Shown: piece after piece, positions 8,315 to 19,755 of the stretch | How the letters are laid out: each line of letters begins with the position of its first letter | How positions within the stretch are numbered: the stretch's first letter is position 1 | Source of the DNA: a virus | Taxonomy: Duplodnaviria; Caudoviricetes | Length of the DNA: 60,558 bases | Strand: one strand, 5' to 3' | Virus record (IMG/VR): IMGVR_UViG_3300023078_000002 | Location: 1-60,558 of that record | Position numbers and translations under genes: made by a program | The notes under the pieces: model-generated | What the model was told of the DNA's origin: nothing | The model's input: the letters and a program-made list of their open reading frames with translations, nothing else | Databases searched by the model: none

Positions 8315-8390
8315 CGCGCGAAGCTACACGACGAACGAGACTAGGTGGTCGCAGTGCCTCCGACCCACTGCGACCACCCTCGATTCTTCT

Positions 8391-9338
8391 CTACGCCTCG
8401 GCGCCGATAGGCACCTCGTAGGACACCGGGCCCTGCTCGGTGTCGACCGTCAGCAAAGCGCCAGCCTTGAGAGCGTCCGTCGTGGTCGGGAGTACGAACG
8501 TGCCCGACACGATCGACAGCTCATGCCGGACACCAGCGATCGTGACCGTCACCGAAGACACGCCATTGGCGACCGAGCCGAACACCACCGCGTGGGCTGG
8601 GATGTCTCCGGCCTGCGGGTAGGTGTTGACCGCGAAGCCGACCGGCTGCCGGTCGAGATCCGCGCAGGCGCCCGCAGAGTCAAGCCCGAGGTCACGCCAG
8701 CCGTCTTCGTACTGCTGACCGAAGACCCCGTTCTTGACGCGTCCGGCTTCCGGGCAGGTCCACCCGGTCTGTGACCGGTAGACACGGACCGCGAAGTCGG
8801 CGCCGCCGTCGGGGTCTGGTGCGGTCGCTCCCGGTATCGCTGTCCCGTCTGGCGTCACGTCCGGTGAGTCCTCGATGGGTTCGTCGCCGAGCGGGTCGAC
8901 GGACTGGATACGCTGATCGGCGAGTGCCCTGAAGCCCGCGCAGTAGCCGTCTGGTGTGTGGTTGTGCTGCGAGAACGCGGCTGAGAACGTGAGCTTGGCG
9001 TACGAGGCGCATTCGGTGCAGGCGCAGTAGTCCGGCAGCCAGGCGTTGCAGGTCGTTGTGCTGGTTGCCTGGCCGCCCTTGAAGGTGCCCCAGTTGTAGA
9101 GGTCGCAAGAGCGCGTCGTGGTGCCACAGCCGGTCTCGATGCGTGAGAACGCCGAGCCGTCGCTCGGTGATGCTCCTGCGACCCATCCGTGACCGACACA
9201 GGTGGTGTGGTACTCGACCGCCTGGGCTGCGGACGGGCTGGTTGTGAGCGCGAGCGCGAGCGCACTGAGCGCGAGGACGAGGGCTTTGACCGTGGCAGAG
9301 CTGATGCACTGGTCAGGGAGACGGGATCGTTTGGTCAT
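8391..9338 (-). CDS. Secreted protein with Cys-rich N-domain and extracytoplasmic C-domain
   Basis: Signal peptide ..LVLALSALALALTTSPSAAQA; Cys-rich region; C-domain similar to 9474-10313. Confidence 0.7.
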   Translation of the reverse strand: MTKRSRLPDQCISSATVKALVLALSALALALTTSPSAAQAVEYHTTCVGHGWVAGASPSDGSAFSRIETGCGTTTRSCDLYNWGTFKGGQATSTTTCNAWLPDYCACTECASYAKLTFSAAFSQHNHTPDGYCAGFRALADQRIQSVDPLGDEPIEDSPDVTPDGTAIPGATAPDPDGGADFAVRVYRSQTGWTCPEAGRVKNGVFGQQYEDGWRDLGLDSAGACADLDRQPVGFAVNTYPQAGDIPAHAVVFGSVANGVSSVTVTIAGVRHELSIVSGTFVLPTTTDALKAGALLTVDTEQGPVSYEVPIGAEA

Positions 9339-9473
9339 GGCGCATTAGAACAGTCAGACCGGGCGTGATGGGCCGAGTTTGGGCGGCGATCCAGGCACCG
9401 GAGCGTTTGTTGGCGCGTCGACGCTCACCGTTGCGTCACAACCCATTCCGGTGAGTGTCCTTATAGGGGTATC

Positions 9474-10313
9474 TTGCTTGCCGCCCTCGGCATCAAGGCG
9501 CAGGGGCCGGGACCGGAGGAGTCAGTGTTGGACGAAGGCGGCGGGGTCAACAGCGGCACGGATGACGCCAAGCGCGCCCGGCGCAAGGGCTTCGCGATGA
9601 TGGCCTCCACCGCCGCCGAAGCCCACGATCTAGAAGGCGCCGACGAAGAGACCAGGAGCGACTTCGGTGAGTTCTGGCACCTATTCGCCGCTTCGGCCGG
9701 CATCGTGCCATCGCCTCCGATCGACCCGCCTCGCCGCCGTCTCCGCGTGGTATCTGGTGTTGCCTTGGTGATTCTCCTGGCGCTCGGGGTTGGAGGGGCA
9801 TGGACGGTCGCTGACATCCAACTCAAGCCGTCGCCGAAGACCAAGCAGAACGCGCCCTCTGTCGATCCGGCACTCGGACTCGCACGAGCCGCCGATCCGA
9901 CGGAGAGTGATGCATGGGGCGTGCGAGCCTTCCTCGGCGACAACGGCACACGCTGCGTCAGAGTCGGCCGAGTCGTACAACAACGACTCGGGAAGCGGAT
10001 CCGCGGACGCTTCATCGAATCGTCGGGCAAGGCCGACCGCAAGTGCATGCCTCCAGGGCAGCGCGCGCTCGTCGCCACCGAAAACTACGGCAGCGGCAGC
10101 GGGCGCGGACCGAGATCCGTCGCCTACGGCCTCGTCGGCCGAGACGTCCACATCCGCATCGGGATTCGGCCACCCGGCCGAGAGGTCCAAGTCGCCGACG
10201 ACGGCACGTTCGTCTACGTCCGCGCCGGCATCAAAGCCCTCGACGGCTCCAGCGCGTACCTGTACGACCAGGATGGCCGGTTGATCGGTTCGCGCGCGCT
10301 CGGCGCGCAGTAG
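9474..10313 (+). CDS. Single-pass membrane protein with extracytoplasmic domain (start uncertain)
   Basis: RRRLR followed by TM VVSGVALVILLALGVGGAWTVA; domain shared with 8391-9338. Confidence 0.65.
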   Translation: MLAALGIKAQGPGPEESVLDEGGGVNSGTDDAKRARRKGFAMMASTAAEAHDLEGADEETRSDFGEFWHLFAASAGIVPSPPIDPPRRRLRVVSGVALVILLALGVGGAWTVADIQLKPSPKTKQNAPSVDPALGLARAADPTESDAWGVRAFLGDNGTRCVRVGRVVQQRLGKRIRGRFIESSGKADRKCMPPGQRALVATENYGSGSGRGPRSVAYGLVGRDVHIRIGIRPPGREVQVADDGTFVYVRAGIKALDGSSAYLYDQDGRLIGSRALGAQ

Positions 10314-10315
10314 GC

Positions 10316-10759
10316 CTACTTCTTGCGCCTGCGGCGCGGCTCGGCGTGCTCCCTGGCCCGGCGTTTCGCCTCGGCCTGAGCCTTCAGCATCTCGTCGGTC
10401 TCGACGAGCGAGCTCGACGCCGGTAGCTCGATTCCCAGGTGGGCGACGACCGCTGCGAGCATTGCCTCGAGGCGATCGAGCTGGGTTGGGCTGGCGGGGC
10501 GGACGATCGTGTCGACATCGGGCTCAGTGAGCCACTCATCGGGCACGCCTAGGTGGCGGGCGATGGCATCGCGGTGGATGCGCTGCATCGTCATGTCGCC
10601 ACGCTCGATCCGGCCTAGGTCGCTCTTGCCGAGGCCATCCTCTGCGAGCAGCGCCGCCAACTCCGTTTGCTTCAGTCCGCGCAGGGTGCGCGCAGCCTCG
10701 ATCCGGCGCTTAAGTTCCTCAGCTTCCAGCACGCGCTGAGTTCTACGGGCTCGCAACAC
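10316..10759 (-). CDS. CI-like immunity repressor (XRE HTH); probable start GTG 10732
   Basis: IEAARTLRGLKQTELAALL...GKSDLGRIERG; divergent from a Cro-like gene. Confidence 0.8.
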   Translation of the reverse strand: MLRARRTQRVLEAEELKRRIEAARTLRGLKQTELAALLAEDGLGKSDLGRIERGDMTMQRIHRDAIARHLGVPDEWLTEPDVDTIVRPASPTQLDRLEAMLAAVVAHLGIELPASSSLVETDEMLKAQAEAKRRAREHAEPRRRRKK

Positions 10760-10845
10760 TCAAATTGTCAACGGTCGTGCACGCGACTTCAAAAGTTTGC
10801 AAACGGCTTGACAGCTATGCACGCCGCTTCTAAGCTGGCTGCACG
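10740..10845. promoter_or_regulatory. Divergent lysis/lysogeny switch region
   Basis: Plus strand TTGACA(10808)-17 nt-TAAGCT(10831); minus strand TTGACA at 10766-10771; TGCACG x3 and palindrome GTTTGCAAAC as operator candidates. Confidence 0.75.
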
Positions 10846-11091
10846 ATGTCAAAGCGACTTGCAGCCAGTCGAATCCGTCAGCACCGGGTGCGACTCGGCC
10901 TATCTCCCGAGCAGTACGGCATCCGCATCGGATGCTCGGGCATGACCGTCCGCCGCGTCGAAGGCGGATACGGCCCATTCCTGTCGACGCAGAAGAAGTT
11001 CGCCGACGATCTCGGCGTCAGCGTCGACGACCTCTTCGGCCTTCACGGCGCGCCACGCCGACGGCCGTCCATCGCAGGAGCGTCGGCATGA
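10846..11091 (+). CDS. Cro-like XRE HTH regulator
   Basis: IRQHRVRLGLSPEQYGIRIGCSGMTVRRVEGG...FADDLGVSVDDLF. Confidence 0.8.
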   Translation: MSKRLAASRIRQHRVRLGLSPEQYGIRIGCSGMTVRRVEGGYGPFLSTQKKFADDLGVSVDDLFGLHGAPRRRPSIAGASA

Positions 11092-11312
11092 ACCGATTCG
11101 AACTGCTGCGCTACGAGCGCGGCCTCACGCGCGGCGAGGTCAAGGCAGGCACCGGGCTTGCCTACCCGACGCTCAAGGCGCTCGAAGAGTCCGACGACCC
11201 GAAGCCGACCGCGCCGGTCGCCAAGGCGCTGGCGGACTTCTACGGCATGCCCGTAGCCGAGTTTCTCGGTCTCGTTGAGGCGCCCACCGTTGACGACTCT
11301 GAGGCGGCCTAG
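11088..11312 (+). CDS. Second XRE HTH regulator
   Basis: MNRFELLRYERGLTRGEVKAGTGLAYPTLKALEE...KALADFYGM; ATGA overlap. Confidence 0.75.
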   Translation: MNRFELLRYERGLTRGEVKAGTGLAYPTLKALEESDDPKPTAPVAKALADFYGMPVAEFLGLVEAPTVDDSEAA

Positions 11313-11314
11313 CC

Positions 11315-12831
11315 ATGCGCATCCACGTCGCTTTCGAGGCGATCAACGGTCTCGGCTTGTTCAGGCAGTTGGACCGTACGTGTGATGGCACGAGCGTGTG
11401 CCGTTGCCGCCGCTGCACCTCAGCGGACCTCGCCCGGCATCTGCGTGAGCCGTACCGCTCCCAAGTGCAGACCCCGACCGCGAAGCAGCGATGAGCCACC
11501 TGGACGACCTCATCTCGCAAGCGCGCGCCCGCGAGGACGCCACCGTCGCCGCCCTGGACCGCATCAAGGTCCCCGAAGAGGGCTGGGACATCCCCGCCGC
11601 GTTTCGCCGGCCGATGCCCGTGTGGCAGCCCCCGGCGGCGAACGCGTTCCGGGAGATGCTGACGCAGTGGCCTGCGTGGGAGCGCGTCGTTGGCCAGGTC
11701 TCCCGCGAGCATCCTGCGGTCGCTGACCCGCAGGCGATCTACGGGGCTGCTGTTGCCGTGGGTCGCGAACGACTGTCCGCGCTGCTGTTCGCGCATCAGT
11801 GCGGCGACACCCTCGCCGAGAGCGAGCAGATCCTCGAGGAACTCCTCGACCTTGCGGAGGTCGGGCTGCGTCCTCGCACGGGCACCGAGCTGGGGTTGCG
11901 TCCGGAGATGTTCGGCGAGGGGCAGCGATGACCGACGCTGAGCGTGAGGCTCGTATCCAAGCAGTCGCGCACCTGTCAGCCGCCCATGCGCAGGTCCAGT
12001 GTGCGTTCGAGGCGTTGGTGGAAGCGGGAGTAAACCCGCTGACCCTGCCGGTCAACTTCGACCACCTGAACGCTTGGTTGGAGATCGCCGCAGATGGCCT
12101 CTTCGGTCCCGAGCACTTCTACCTGTTGCAGAGGGTCGAGAAGGTCACCGCTGACGGTGTCGGCGGTATGCACGAGTTCCGAGTCGCTGCGGTGAGAGCA
12201 CTCGTCGAACAAGCACATCAAGAACGCGAGGTGGCGAAGTGAGCAAGGCCGAGCAGAAGGTGTTGGCCTACGTCAACCGCCAGCGGGCCAAGCTCAAGCT
12301 CAAGCCGCTCAAGCGCCTGCCGAAGGGCTTCCCCGGGATCTGTCGAGCGTGCCCGATCGCCAACGCCCTGAGTGTGGGCGGCTACGCGGCGGATGTGGAT
12401 GCGGGCCACTTGGAGGTCTGGCCGGAGGAGAAGCCTGACGTCACGTCACTGAGCACGGACCTGCCGAAGTACGTCTCCCGGTTCGTCGAGGACTTCGACG
12501 AGGGCAAGTACCCGCACCTGGAGGTCGCCCGGTGATCGACCGCAACGACCCTGCGGGCCTGGCCGGTGCCGCCGTCTTCGCCGTGCTGTTCGTCCTCCTC
12601 CTCGACCTGATCAAGGACGTGTTCTAGATGGGCTGGTTCAACTACGGCGACAACAGCACGTGGTGTCACAAGACGCCCGAGCCGAAGACTGTTCGCCCCG
12701 ATGACGACGGCCGGCCGAGCCCGTTGGTGTTGGTGCAGCCCGCACCGACCCCGATCCATTGGGGTCACGTGTACAAGGCGCGCCGTGAAGGACGACTGCC
12801 CCTGAAGCATGTTGGTGGTGATGCTGCGTAA
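11315..12831 (+). other. Run of small coupled early hypothetical genes (11315-11494, 11491-11931, 11928-12242, 12239-12535, 12628-12831)
   Basis: Consecutive same-strand ORFs with ATGA/GTGA overlaps; no recognisable domains. Confidence 0.6.
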
Positions 12832-13508
12832 TGCCTCGTGGCTTCCCGACGAGGACCCCGGAGGCGGTCGCCGAGGCGCAGCGAATGCGCGTTGACGGCA
12901 AGGCCTACAAGCAGATCGCCGAGCACTTCGGTATCGCGGTTACCACGGCGCACGCGTGGTGCGACGACCCCGACGGGTCAAAGAAGCGCGATCGGATCGA
13001 GAGCTACCGGGCCCCGTGCACCTACTGCGGTACGCCGACGAACGGCAGCAACGGACGGCGCGGAGAAGACGAGGATGCGGTGTGTGTCGACTGCGCGCCC
13101 GACCACTACGCCACATGGACACGTGAAGCCACGATCTCGGTGATTCAGGAGTGGGCCGCCGAGCACGGCGGAGTTCCGCCGACCTCAATGGACTTCACCC
13201 GCGCAAAGGTCGGCGGGGCGCACGTGCCGGCCGTCAACAGCGTTATCAAGCGGTTCGGCACCTGGAACAAGGCGATCATCGCCGCAGGCTTTGAGCCACA
13301 CCGCACCGGCCCAGTCGGTGGCTACACGCCACTGACCCCGATGCAGCGTCGACAGGCCGCCCGCCGCTACCGCGCCGGTGAGTCCAGCGTTCAGATCGCT
13401 GCCGACTTCGGCTGCGCGCCACAGACGGTCATCAACTGGGCGCGCCGATTCAGCGTTCCGATTCGGCCCGGCATGCTTGGCCATTCCGAGCAGAGGGACG
13501 CGGCATGA
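12831..13508 (+). CDS. DNA-binding protein: HTH, Zn finger, homing-endonuclease-associated repeat, HTH
   Basis: [18 protein letters not shown]; CTYC..CVDC; WTRE..I..W..EHG..P....[17 protein letters not shown]; [19 protein letters not shown]. Confidence 0.7.
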   Translation: MPRGFPTRTPEAVAEAQRMRVDGKAYKQIAEHFGIAVTTAHAWCDDPDGSKKRDRIESYRAPCTYCGTPTNGSNGRRGEDEDAVCVDCAPDHYATWTREATISVIQEWAAEHGGVPPTSMDFTRAKVGGAHVPAVNSVIKRFGTWNKAIIAAGFEPHRTGPVGGYTPLTPMQRRQAARRYRAGESSVQIAADFGCAPQTVINWARRFSVPIRPGMLGHSEQRDAA

Positions 13509-13834
13509 CGCGCGGGAACTCGCGTGCCAAGCGGCGTCGTCTCCGTGCCGTGATCGCACGCGACGGCGCGACCTGCTGGCTGTGCGGACAGCCACTGGAC
13601 TTGAGCTTGCCCCGGGACCATGACCATGCCGCGACACTTGATCACGTCCACCCGCGGTCGATCGGCGGGCCGAACGCGATCCACAACCTGAAGGTCGCGC
13701 ACCGCGCCTGCAACCTGCTCGCCGGACTCGCCCATCAGCGCCATCTGCTGGACGAGCGACGCGCCGCAGAGGTCCTCCATGGCACCCGGTCCGGGCACGT
13801 CACCCCACTCGGCCGGAACGGAGCCCCGCGATGA
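13505..13834 (+). CDS. HNH endonuclease
   Basis: [10 protein letters not shown]...[27 protein letters not shown]. Confidence 0.85.
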   Translation: MTRGNSRAKRRRLRAVIARDGATCWLCGQPLDLSLPRDHDHAATLDHVHPRSIGGPNAIHNLKVAHRACNLLAGLAHQRHLLDERRAAEVLHGTRSGHVTPLGRNGAPR

Positions 13835-15910
13835 AGTTCGACCCGCCGTACCTTTACCGCGGCGGCCTATCCGGACGCGTGTTCGTCGCCACGCACGGCA
13901 AGAAGCTCCCCGGCCAGATCGTGGAGGCGTCGGTCAAGTACGACGTCACCGACCAGTACGCCGGTCTTACCGCGTCGCTACCCGTCTCCGACGGCATGGT
14001 CAACGTCGCGCTGCTGCGCTTCCACGGCGTGTCGCACCTGTCGGACATTGACGACAACTTGAAGGCTGCTGCCGAGGCGATGCGCGGCGCCCTGCTGGCC
14101 GCGCTGAGCATCGGCGCAGCAGAAGCACTGCCCCACGAGGACGGCCCGGCTGTTGAGCCAGCCGGGCCGTCAGACCCGATCCGAGAGAGGTAAATCACGA
14201 ATGGGCCAGCATCAGAATACGCCGGAGACGCGACCCATGCACGGTCCGCGCGTCGGCTGCACGCAGCCGCAGCCGCAGCCGCCGCGCACCGCAAGCCGAG
14301 AGCTGAACGCCGCAATTGCGCTCGTCGTCGGCGAGGACCACAGCGATGAGATGGCGCTGCGCAAGGCTCGCAGGCTCGTGACGCGCGCCGCGCTGCATGA
14401 CATGGCCATGGCCTGCGACATCCGGGCGGAGGCGGTTTGATGACCTCGGCTGTGTTGCCGATGGGCCGGTCTCGGTCTCCTCAGGCCGACGCGATCCGTG
14501 AGCTGTACCGACGCGAGCAGGCCACGTCGATGCACCGGACGGTCCTCAAGCACGGCGTCATCCGTGTCGCGCTGTTCAACCGCTCGTCGAACCGTCCGGT
14601 GTCGGTGTGGCACGTCCACCCCGACGGCACCACCACCCAACAGGACGTGGAGCGATGAGCATCGCGATCGAGGTCATCGACCAGATGATTCGCGACACCG
14701 CGCAAGGCGCCGCCGACATGATCGACCGCGCGCCATGCCGCGACATCCTTGGCGCCCTTCACCCGCAGAGCGCCCGAGCCGGAGCGGAAATGGGCATCCA
14801 AGTGCGCCTTGCGATCCTCCGCGACGTTCGAGACGCGGTAATGACCGCGGAGATGAAGGCCATGGAGTCGGCGGCGTGAGCGAGTTCACCGACAACCTGG
14901 GCCGTGCCGGCCTGCTCGGCAAGCCGTCCGTACAACAACAGGCGATCGACGACCTCGTGCGCGAACTCGGTGCCGACAGCTTCACCTACTACACGCGTTC
15001 GAACGGGGACCGGGTCGTCAGGTTCCACCGTCACGACCAGGAGGCCCCGGTGGGTCGTGCGGTCGTCACGCGTGAAGGCCAGGCCACCACCGACGTCACC
15101 GAGGACATCACATGAGCGCCGCGACGAAGTCCGCGCCCCGCACTGAGAAGGCGGTAACCGATGGGCGCCGCCGGGTGTTCCACCTGGGGTGCTCGGAGCG
15201 TCTCGAGGATCGGGCGTTGTGCGGCTGGCGTCGCCCTGCCGGAGACGGCGGGCCGGTGGCCGGTTCGCCGATCTGCGAGGTGTGCCTTTCGCTTGCCCAC
15301 CGGAACCCGATCTGCCCGACCTGCGGAGAGCCGCACTACACGCTAAGCGGCTGGGGCGTTCCAATCCAGGATCAGGTGTCGTCGTGACGGGCTGGTCGAA
15401 GGGTTACACGGGCCGGGACTACGGCAGCCACCAACGCCAGGTTCGCGAGCACGAGGAGTTGTGCGGGCTCGGTGAGGACCACAGCGTGGAGGCCGAGTTC
15501 GAGGACGACAACCAGGCCGACCTCGAAGCAGAACGGACGCGCCGGCCGATCGCACCCTCGATGCCCAGGGTGCTGCGCTTGCACCGGATCGACACCACCA
15601 ACGAGAAGAGGGCGGCATGAAGGTCACCATGTTGATCGGCGTCGAGACCGACGCGATCCAGATGTTTGGCCTTGACCGAACGACACCATGGCTGGCCGGT
15701 GCGATCTCCCACGACATGATGGAGCATCTGCCGTACGAGGACGAGGACCGGTGGTGGTCGGAGATGAAGGCCAAGGTCACCCCTGAGCCCGAGCTGTACA
15801 CCTGGCGCTCAATCGTGGTCGACTTGGACGACGCGCAGATCCTCAAGCACTTCGCCGGACCCGTGGTCGCTGGCACGGTTAGCGAACCCGAGGATGGTGA
15901 GCGCGCATGA
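13831..15910 (+). other. Run of about 8 small coupled hypothetical genes
   Basis: ORFs 13831-14193, 14201-14440, 14437-14658, 14655-14879, 14876-15115, 15112-15387, 15384-15620, 15617-15910, mostly with 4-nt overlaps. Confidence 0.55.
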
Positions 15911-16728
15911 CCGACCTTCCGACATTGAACTTCATCGGCGACGAGCCCGCGGCGAAGTTTTGGAACATATTGTTGTACGGCCCTGCGAAGAACGGGAAGA
16001 CCGTTGCGGCCTGCTCGGCGCCCGGCCCGGTGCTGTTGCTGACCTGCCAGGGGCCGTCCTCCTACCGGTACGCCAAGGCGAAGTACAAGGACAAGGTCCG
16101 GCCCGTGAAGTTCGAGGGCCGCCAGACCTTGACGACCGTCACCGCCTACCTCCGTGCTGGAGGCCAGGGCGAACAGACGGTCGTGGTCGACACCGTGGGC
16201 GACATTCATTCCGCGGTGCTTGAGCAGGTCGGCGGCAAGAAGCCGCAGATCCAGCACTACGGGCAGGCGAACGACACCGTCTACGACTTCGTGCGAACCC
16301 TGCGGGACCTGCCCGTCAACGTCGTGCTGGTCTGCCATGAGCAGATCGACGACAGCGAGGAGGGCGGCGCGACACGTCGCCCGCTGACCGGCGGCAAGAA
16401 GCTCCCGGAGCAGGTGATGGGGGAGGTCGACATCATCGCCTACTGCGGCGTGGTCCAGCCCGACGAGAAGAAGGACCCCGTCTACGTCGGGCAGCTTGTG
16501 CAGGCGAAGGGACGCCGCGCCGGGGACCGCTCGGGTGCGCTCGGCTCGACCCGGCTCCTCGACCTTGAGGAATGGGTAGCCACCGCGAACGCGGCGTTGG
16601 CCCCAGACGAGTCGGACGTGCCGTTCAGCGATGCGCCGGCCGAATCCGAGGCGATCGGCGACGAGCCGGAGGACCTCAACGCCCAGCTCGATCTTGCTGC
16701 CGCTGCCGAAGAGCGTGGTGGTGCGTGA
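15907..16728 (+). CDS. AAA_24 / Sak4-like recombination ATPase
   Basis: ILLYGPAKNGKT Walker A, TVVVDT Walker B, NVVLVCHE, acidic C-tail DVPF. Confidence 0.8.
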   Translation: MTDLPTLNFIGDEPAAKFWNILLYGPAKNGKTVAACSAPGPVLLLTCQGPSSYRYAKAKYKDKVRPVKFEGRQTLTTVTAYLRAGGQGEQTVVVDTVGDIHSAVLEQVGGKKPQIQHYGQANDTVYDFVRTLRDLPVNVVLVCHEQIDDSEEGGATRRPLTGGKKLPEQVMGEVDIIAYCGVVQPDEKKDPVYVGQLVQAKGRRAGDRSGALGSTRLLDLEEWVATANAALAPDESDVPFSDAPAESEAIGDEPEDLNAQLDLAAAAEERGGA

Positions 16729-19211
16729 TGACCTCCCCGGACTACAACATCGAGGACCCGACCGCTCAGGACGTGATCGACGCCATGCGCCTCACGCTCA
16801 CCGCCCAGAAGGACCCGGCCGAGCGGCTGCGGCTGGTCGAGACGCTCCTCGACCTAGCGCCCGCCTATGAAAGCAACCGTGGTCTCGCGCTGGTCCGTCG
16901 CATGATCGTCAACGGTGCGTTGAAGGTGGCGGTCGTCGATGCCTGAACCCATCCAACTCGTCGCCCACATCTGCCCCGACTGCGGCCAGCAGATCACCAA
17001 CCGCGAGCGGGCACCATCGCGCGGCCACTACTACGGGCACTACCACGAGCGGCCCGCCGACTGGCCGCATGACGAAGACCCATGGGTCGATGCGGTCGAG
17101 GTTGCGTGTTTCCGCGAGGAGGACGTGCGTCCGCTCGTAGCAGCACTGGAGGCCATCTCCGGCCTGACGTGCGAGTGCACGGGCTACTACCGGTGCAACG
17201 GCTGTGAGCGCGAGGCTCCACGCCTTGCCGACGCTGCCCTGGTCGCGTTCTCGGTGCCCGACGAGCGGAAGGCGGGACAGGATGCCTGAGCAGGGAGACC
17301 CGGAGCGGCGCCTGATTATCGGTGGACGAGAGGACGCTGTCCAGCGCGCCCGAGGCATTGTTGATGGTGTGGAGCGCACGCACGCGCTCTCGCCGCGGGC
17401 CACGGCATGCGCTGTTGAGACCACTGTCTCAAGACGATCGATCCGGCCGCGACTGCTCGTGGATCAGCGAGAACCCCGACTGGCCGGAGACCATCTCGTG
17501 AGCCCCGTCAAGAACGGACCGTCCTGCCCGGGTTGCGGCCTGACCAACTACCAAGGCCTATGCCCTGTCTGTCGTGGCGACGAGGCCGCGACCCGTAACG
17601 AAGACCTGCCGTTCCCGTGGCCCAACGAGGACCCGGACGAGAAGCGGGAGCGCCAGCTCATCGACGAGCGGGAGGGCTTTCGATGAGCCTTCACGACCGG
17701 CCCGTCCCGATCCGTCGCCTACGGGTCATCAACCCCGACACCGGCTTGTGCTGGGGCTACTTCCACGACGACCGAGAAGGCCTACGCATCGCTCGTCGTA
17801 TCGCTGAGGACTTCGCGTCAGCGGGAGCGGTCGTTCAGCGACAGGAGCCCCCGACCGTCCACCCCTGGACCACCATCGACCTCGACGAGCGAGAGAGGAA
17901 CGGCGAGGTCGCGTGAGCAACGCTCAGTTCGCAGCCCTCTACGCAGCGTGTGCCGTCCTTTGCGCACTGGCCGACGCGCCGCTCGTCGGCGTGTTCTTCG
18001 GCGTGATCGCCTGCGTGTTCCTCGCCGTGGAGGCTTGGTCATGACCCTCGCACACGAAGCGCTCGAAGTGTTCCGAGCCGAGTACCTCAAGGCCTACGCC
18101 GAGCACGGCCCGCTGTCGTGGGAGGACGAAGGCCAAGCACATGACGAGGCCACCCAAGAAGCCGTTGAAGCCGTTGTGGTGTTCGTCACCGGCCAGATCG
18201 CAAGGACGCTCCGCCATGCCGCATAACGATGTGCTGGACGTCGCCGTGGTGTGGAAGGTATGGGTCGGCAGCTACACCGACCCGGTCCTCGTGCTCATGC
18301 CCACAGACGCCTCCGTGGACGACATCGCACGCACAGGCAAGGTTGGGATGCTCGACAAGCACATGAAGAACGTCCGCGAAGAGCACCGAGAGTACGACGA
18401 GAAGTTCTGGACCGACGCGGTCGCCGCGAAGGACATCACGCGGATCGAACGCGGCGACGATGTCCGTCTGTCGCCGCGCATCCACGTCGTCAAGGCCCAC
18501 GACTACCCACTAGAGCCAGCCTTCGCTTCTGGCGAGTCTCAGGAGTCGTCCGAGTGAGCCGGGTTGCTGACCTGATCGCACGCTCTGTCGCCGACGCCAA
18601 GCGACGGAACTACGAGCCACGACCGGAGCTGCCCGAGGGCGCGGTCGACTTTGACGACCCTGTTGATCGCTTGGCCGTGATGCAGCAGCGCAGCGGCTTT
18701 GTCAACGAAGAGGAGCTTGCGTCGAAAATGGCGGATGCGGAGGGACAGGTCGCGCTCGCCAAGGTGTGGGCCGGCGATACGCCGGGCGCGCGCCAGTACT
18801 TCCGCCGCCGCGCCGTCGTCACTCTTCGTGTTGTGGTGAGCGGTCGTGAACTTCGAGAGCGCCCAGAGGAGAACATCGCATGAGCACCACCGTGGAGGAC
18901 CAGTGAGCACACACCCGATCATGGTCGGCGACGGCATGTCCGCTCGTCAGGCCATCGCGCTCGTCTGCACGCACTGCGAGTGGGAGGGACAGGCCAGCGC
19001 CGACCAATGCAGCCTTGTCGAGATCGAGAGCCCGTGCCCTCGCTGCAACCGGAGCCTGTTGGACTGGAAGTACGCCGACGCCGAGAAGTGCAACAACTGC
19101 GGCGCGCTCGACTGGACCATGCCGATCGACCATCGGTGGTGCTCGCGCAGATGCAAACTTCAGGGTGAATACGCCGCGCAGATCGCCGAGCACACGGAGG
19201 CCGCGCGATGA
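16728..19211 (+). other. Run of small hypothetical genes, several with CxxC zinc-finger motifs
   Basis: e.g. 16939-17289 (CPDC, CEC..CNGC), 17498-17686 (CPGC..CPVC), 18216-18557, 18554-18883, ~18903-19211 (multiple CxxC). Confidence 0.55.
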
Positions 19212-19723
19212 CCAACGAGGAGAAGCGCGCCGACGACCTCCGCCGTGCGGCAGCACGCGAGACCGGACAGCTCCACGTTGAGCCGTGGCGGTTCGTCGAC
19301 GAGGACGAGCAGGCCCGCTGGTTGCGCAAGGCTGCCGCGGAGAAGCCCAATGGCACCCGCAACGCCCGACCGCGGAAGAGCTCCGGGTTTACCCCGGCGA
19401 GCGATTCGCAGCGGTCGAAGGTCAAGGGGCAGCCGTGCATCGTCATCCGCGAGGACGACCCCTGTCACGGCCCGGTGCAACCCGCGCACGTCATCGACCG
19501 CTCACTCGGCGGAGACGGAGACGAGCTAGGCGTCGTCCCGTTGTGCCATCACCACCACGACGCCTACGACAACCTCCGCACCCTGTCGATCTTGGAGTTC
19601 ATGGAGCCCCGGTACCGGGAGGAGATCCAATACGCCGTCGGGCTGTTGGGGATCGTCGGGGCGTTGCAACGGCTGACGAACGAGCAGTGGGCGCCAGTGC
19701 GAACCCGGGAGCGTGCGGCATGA
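19208..19723 (+). CDS. Putative HNH-like nuclease (NinG/DUF968-like)
   Basis: KGQPCIV..C.G..QPAHVIDRSLGG....VVPLCHHHHDAYD. Confidence 0.6.
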   Translation: MTNEEKRADDLRRAAARETGQLHVEPWRFVDEDEQARWLRKAAAEKPNGTRNARPRKSSGFTPASDSQRSKVKGQPCIVIREDDPCHGPVQPAHVIDRSLGGDGDELGVVPLCHHHHDAYDNLRTLSILEFMEPRYREEIQYAVGLLGIVGALQRLTNEQWAPVRTRERAA

Positions 19724-19755
19724 CTCCGTCGTCTCGGGCAGGACGCGAGAGCACC

